The position numbers and the translations under genes were made by a program. The notes beneath the pieces were generated by a model. It worked only from the letters and a program-made list of their open reading frames with translations, was not told where the DNA came from and did not search any database. A stretch of DNA of 64,000 nucleotides from an uncultured delta proteobacterium (lineage in GTDB: Bacteria; Desulfobacterota; Binatia; UBA9968): NCBI GenBank assembly GCA_963840855.1, contig CAWJBB010000021.1, forward strand, positions 132,602 through 196,601, read 5' to 3'. This document shows positions 60,207 through 64,000 of the stretch, in pieces. Numbering within the stretch: position 1 is the first letter of the stretch; every line of letters starts with the position of its first letter.

Positions 60207-61193
60207 TTATCTCAGAGCCGGGAGTACTTCTTCGCCCAGGAGATCGATCTGCTCGTACCAGTCTGCGTACCGTAACCGGAGATCGTAGACGACATGCTCC
60301 GCGCCCGCCTCTTGGTAGGCGCGCGTCTCGCGCGCAATGTCCTGCGGCGCGCCGGCCAAAAGCACGCCATGGATATCTTCCAGCGTGGAAAAGCTGCCGG
60401 ACGGAGGCGTTACCCAAGTCGACGAGTTGTGGGCCTCATCGATTAACGAGCTGATTTCGATACCGTCCAACGCCGCTTCTTTTGTTCTGGCCACGCTCGT
60501 AAATGGCATGACGGCCGCCGTAATCAACGGCTTTGCCGCGGCCCGGCACAGCTCGCTAATGTATTCGATGCGCTTGCGATAGGTCGGCAGGGTGATCCGC
60601 GCCGGCATCCAGCCGTCGCCATAGCGCACGGCGCGGCGGCAAGCAGCGGGCGTGCCGCCGCCGATCCAGATGGGAATAGGCTTTACCGGGGCCGGTTTTA
60701 GCCGGACGTCTTTGAAGTTAAAATATTGGCCTTCACAAGAGATCTTTTCTCCCGCCCATAGACTGCGGCAGATGTCGATATTTGCCGCCGCCAGCTGGGC
60801 TCGGTCTTCGAGCTTGTGCGGCCGGCCGGCGGCGGCGAACTCATGCGCGAAACCGCCCAAGCCCATCCCCATGATTACGCGGCCGTCTGAGATCACGCTG
60901 AGCCCGGCGAAGGATTGCGCCAGATGAATCGGGTGGCGATGGCAAATCGCCATTGCCGTGCCCAGATTTATTTTTTTCGTCGCCGCCGCCACGGCGGCGA
61001 GCAGCAGCAGACTTTCGAGGTGCTGGTTGTCGCCGCCCTCCCCCGCGTGTGGTTTAAAGACCAGATGATCTCGCACCCAGACGGAATCGAAACCGTAAGC
61101 TTCAGCCCGGCGCGCGCCCTCGAGGCATTTTTCAACGGATATATGCGCACCGAAATGGGGCAATAGTAAACCGACCTTCAATTTGGCAGACAT
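60207..61193 (-). CDS. LLM-class flavin-dependent oxidoreductase
   Basis: AEAYGFDSVWVRDH, HRHPIHLAQ, PAPVKPIPIWIGG and RRAVRYGDGW motifs. Confidence 0.92.
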   Translation of the reverse strand: MSAKLKVGLLLPHFGAHISVEKCLEGARRAEAYGFDSVWVRDHLVFKPHAGEGGDNQHLESLLLLAAVAAATKKINLGTAMAICHRHPIHLAQSFAGLSVISDGRVIMGMGLGGFAHEFAAAGRPHKLEDRAQLAAANIDICRSLWAGEKISCEGQYFNFKDVRLKPAPVKPIPIWIGGGTPAACRRAVRYGDGWMPARITLPTYRKRIEYISELCRAAAKPLITAAVMPFTSVARTKEAALDGIEISSLIDEAHNSSTWVTPPSGSFSTLEDIHGVLLAGAPQDIARETRAYQEAGAEHVVYDLRLRYADWYEQIDLLGEEVLPALR

Positions 61194-61209
61194 GGGTTTT
61201 TGAGAACGA

Positions 61210-62719
61210 TTATTCGCCCATTTCAGCCGCGAGTTTCTCCCGTTTCGACTTCAAGATGGGAACCAGCGCGGTCAGCAAGAATGCCGTGGCGAGGATCATC
61301 AGGACGCCAGCAACCGGCCGCGTAAAGAAGATCGCAAAGCTACCGCGCGAAATCAAAAGCGCCTGCCTGAGCGAGCTTTCCATCATCGGCCCTAACACCA
61401 AAGCCAGCAGAAACGGCGCGCCGTCGAATCCCAACCGGCGCAGTACCAACCCGGCGACACCGGCGATGACCATGATGAAGATTTCCACGATATTGTTATT
61501 GATGCTGTAGACGCCGATCAAACAGAAAAGCAAAATGAGCGGATAGAGAATCACGTAAGGAACCCTCAACAACCGGACCCAGATGCCTATGAGCGGCAGA
61601 TTGAGAACCAGCAGCATGGCATTGCCGACGTACATGCTCGCCACCACGCCCCAAAACAACTCCGGATAGTTTTTCATGAACAACGGCCCCGGCTGCACGC
61701 CGTGGATGAGCAGCGCGCCGATGAAAAGCGCCATCACGATATTGGACGGGAAACCCAGCGACAGCAATGGAATAAAGGCGCCAGCAGTGGCGGAGTTGTT
61801 GGCCGATTCCGGACCGGCGACTCCCTCGATGGCGCCTTTGCCGAATTTCTCCGGATGGCGCGAAAGGCGCTTCTCAATCGCGTAGGACGCAAATGAAGAC
61901 ATCGCGCCGCTCGGTCCGGGGAGAATGCCGATGAAAAAACCCACTAGCGATCCTCTGACAATCGGCCAAATGCTGTCCTTCCAATCCCGGCGATTTGGCA
62001 ATAGACCCTTGATTTCGCGCTCGTAAACATCGCCGCGCAAGCTTTTACCGAGGTTGTCCAAAATCTCGGCAATGCCGAACAATCCCATGGCAATTGGCAC
62101 AAGCCCCAGGCCGTCACCCAAAGTAAGGCTGCCGTAGCTAAATCGTTCTTGGCCTGAGATCGGGTCCGTGCCGACCGTACCCAAGAGAAGGCCGAGAATC
62201 GCCATCAGCAACGCCTTGAGTATCGAGCCGCGCGAGAGATACGATACCAATGTGAGACCGAGAAATGTGATCGCGAAATACTCCGGCGGCCCGAAGCCAA
62301 GGGCAAAGGCGCCGAGCAGCGGCGCGAAAAACACTAAACCGACAAGCCCCACCGTGCCGGCGATGAACGAGCCCAATGCGGCAATGCCCAAGAGCCGGAC
62401 CCGCGCGTCCCTGCCGCGCCATTTGATAGCCGTCGAGGCAAGTCACGACGGATGCCGCTTCGCCGGGAATATTGACTAAAATGGAAGTGGTGGAACCGCC
62501 GTACATGGCGCCGTAATAAATCCCGGCCAGCATGATGATCGCCGCGGCCGGGGCCATCTTAAAAGTCAACGGCAAAAGCAGAGCGATGGCGGCGATCGGG
62601 CCGAGGCCCGGCAAGACGCCAATGAAGGTTCCCACGAGCACGCCTATGAAACAGAAGAGCAAATTCGTTGGTTGGAGAGCTACCGAAAACCCCAGCCCTA
62701 AGTTCGCCAGCGTTTCCAC
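61210..62719 (-). pseudogene. tctA: Tripartite tricarboxylate transporter permease TctA, frameshift at ~62388, probably an assembly error
   Basis: GVLPGLGP, GAMYGGSTTSILVNIPGE, DGYQMARQGRAG and GPESANN; extra G in CTTGGGCATT. Confidence 0.9.
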
Positions 62720-62725
62720 GATAGG

Positions 62726-63172
62726 TCAAATGAGCAGAAACCCGCCGGCAGGGGCGCGCCGAAAAGCAGGCCGAAGATGACGTAGGAAATCAGCGAAGCG
62801 GAAAATGCAACGGCGCCGGCTTGCGCCCGGCTCTTTCGTTCGACAATTCGCAACAGGAACGCGACAAACAGGAAGGTCGTCACAACGTAGCCCACACACT
62901 CAAAAATCAACGCAAAGACAAAAAGCGCCGTCACGGTCAAGATGATTTTTTTCCAAACCAGCCGCTGCTTCACGGCTCTCCTGCTCGCCGCCGGCGCGAA
63001 GCGCGGCGATCAAGCCGACGAGAGCCACCATGGCCAACAACGCCGCCAGGACCGTGGGAAAAAACCCTGCTCCCGGCGCGTTCGTTCTGCCAAAGGGGAG
63101 CTTCGGAGCCTCGTAAAAAGATCCTAAGGCGATCAAGACAAAGAACAGCCAGGCGACGGCGGCGCGCTTCAC
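62726..63172 (-). pseudogene. tctB: TctB small membrane subunit, frameshifted (~62973 and probably ~62739)
   Basis: PGAGFFP, GYVVTTFLF and LPAG motifs; lies between tctC and tctA. Confidence 0.75.
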
Positions 63173-63407
63173 AGGTCGCTCTCGCGGCAAGCTTGCAGCC
63201 ACTGAGGAGTTTCGGAAGTTCGTTACAAAACAGATCGTCATTCCGAGGCGAGCTGGCGCATTTAGCGTCATCGTGACCCGTGAAACGTGCCAGTGAAATT
63301 CTACGAGCACGATCATGGATCACCACGCGAATTCGCGCGAGGCAATGAGCGCACCCTTCGACAATGCGCAGCGCATCGGCATATGTCATCTAATTTATCA
63401 GCGCCTG

Positions 63408-64000
63408 CTAATCGAGCTTGGCGATTTTGGCTACTTCGGACCAGCGTTTATGCTCGTCGGCGAGAAATTTCTTGGTCTCCTCCGGCCCGATATTCTCAAC
63501 TGACACGCCGGCTTTTTCGATCTTCGCGGCCATCTCTTTATCCGCGAAAGCCTCGTTCAAGACCTTGGCCAATCGATTTACGATTGCCGGCGGAGTGTTC
63601 GCCCGTACAAAGAAGACAAACCAGGGACTCGCTTCCACGGCGGGTAAACCTTTTTCAAACGTCGTCGGCACGGTGGGCAATTCCTTGATGCGCTTTTGCG
63701 TAGCTGTCACTAGCGCGCGCAAGCCGCCGGCTTCAAGATGCGGACGCGCGGTCCCCAGGCCGATGATGCTGGTGTGAATGTTCCCGCCCAAAACTCCCGT
63801 GGCAACCGGCGCCTCGCCACCCAGCGGAACGTGAATCAGCTCGATACCGGTCTCTTTTTTGAATAACTCCATGGCGAAATGGCCGCTCGTGCCGCTGCCA
63901 GGAGTCCCGAACGTCAGTTGCCCCGGCTTTTTCTTGGCCTCGGCAATAAAATCTTCAATGGTTTTCCACGGCGAGTCCGCTTTTACGATCATCACCGCCG
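63408..64000 (-). CDS. tctC: Tripartite tricarboxylate transporter substrate-binding protein (Bug/TctC), 5'-truncated by the window edge
   Basis: VKADSPWKTIEDFIAEAKKKPG, GTSGHF, HVPLGG, LPTVPT and TPPAIV motifs. Confidence 0.92.
   Translation of the reverse strand, partial: AVMIVKADSPWKTIEDFIAEAKKKPGQLTFGTPGSGTSGHFAMELFKKETGIELIHVPLGGEAPVATGVLGGNIHTSIIGLGTARPHLEAGGLRALVTATQKRIKELPTVPTTFEKGLPAVEASPWFVFFVRANTPPAIVNRLAKVLNEAFADKEMAAKIEKAGVSVENIGPEETKKFLADEHKRWSEVAKIAKLD

Noticed and set aside
63173-63407. Extra small gene or riboswitch between tctC and tctB
   Set aside because: Only short palindromes and a CGTCATTCCGAG repeat-like start; no supportable ORF or RNA motif

Overview
Bacterial chromosomal window, fairly GC-rich. 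Gene content and repeat style suggest a Deltaproteobacteria-like or Candidatus Binatia-like organism, which is inference only. The left ~25 kb is mostly housekeeping: Rrf2-sufC, an A-type Fe-S carrier, rsmD-coaD-aspC, initiator tRNA-Met, dapL-folK, ldcA-serine hydrolase-mpl, a DUF507-like pair, groESL, ffh-rpsP-khpA-rimM-trmD-rplS (TrmD fused to a second SPOUT domain), rarA and ptrB. The right ~39 kb is accessory catabolism and transport: four LLM oxidoreductases, a CoA-transferase, VOC proteins, an aldolase, an amidohydrolase, a cupin dioxygenase, ABC and TTT transporter parts, pyk and uup. No CRISPR array, rRNA, transposase, integrase or phage gene is visible. The most unusual signals are: (1) a 239-bp MITE with perfect 17-bp terminal inverted repeats and a 5-bp target duplication, inserted into a repeat array; (2) a dispersed family of 7-, 8- and 9-nt tandem arrays, often inverted, in many intergenic gaps; (3) a duplicated gene 3' end whose four differences are all synonymous, bracketing a GTAG-type REP; (4) a DnaA-box cluster with no dnaA nearby; (5) an apparently circularly permuted alpha/beta-hydrolase fold fused to a methyltransferase. 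About ten single-base frameshifts, all beyond 34.8 kb, are most likely sequencing or assembly errors.
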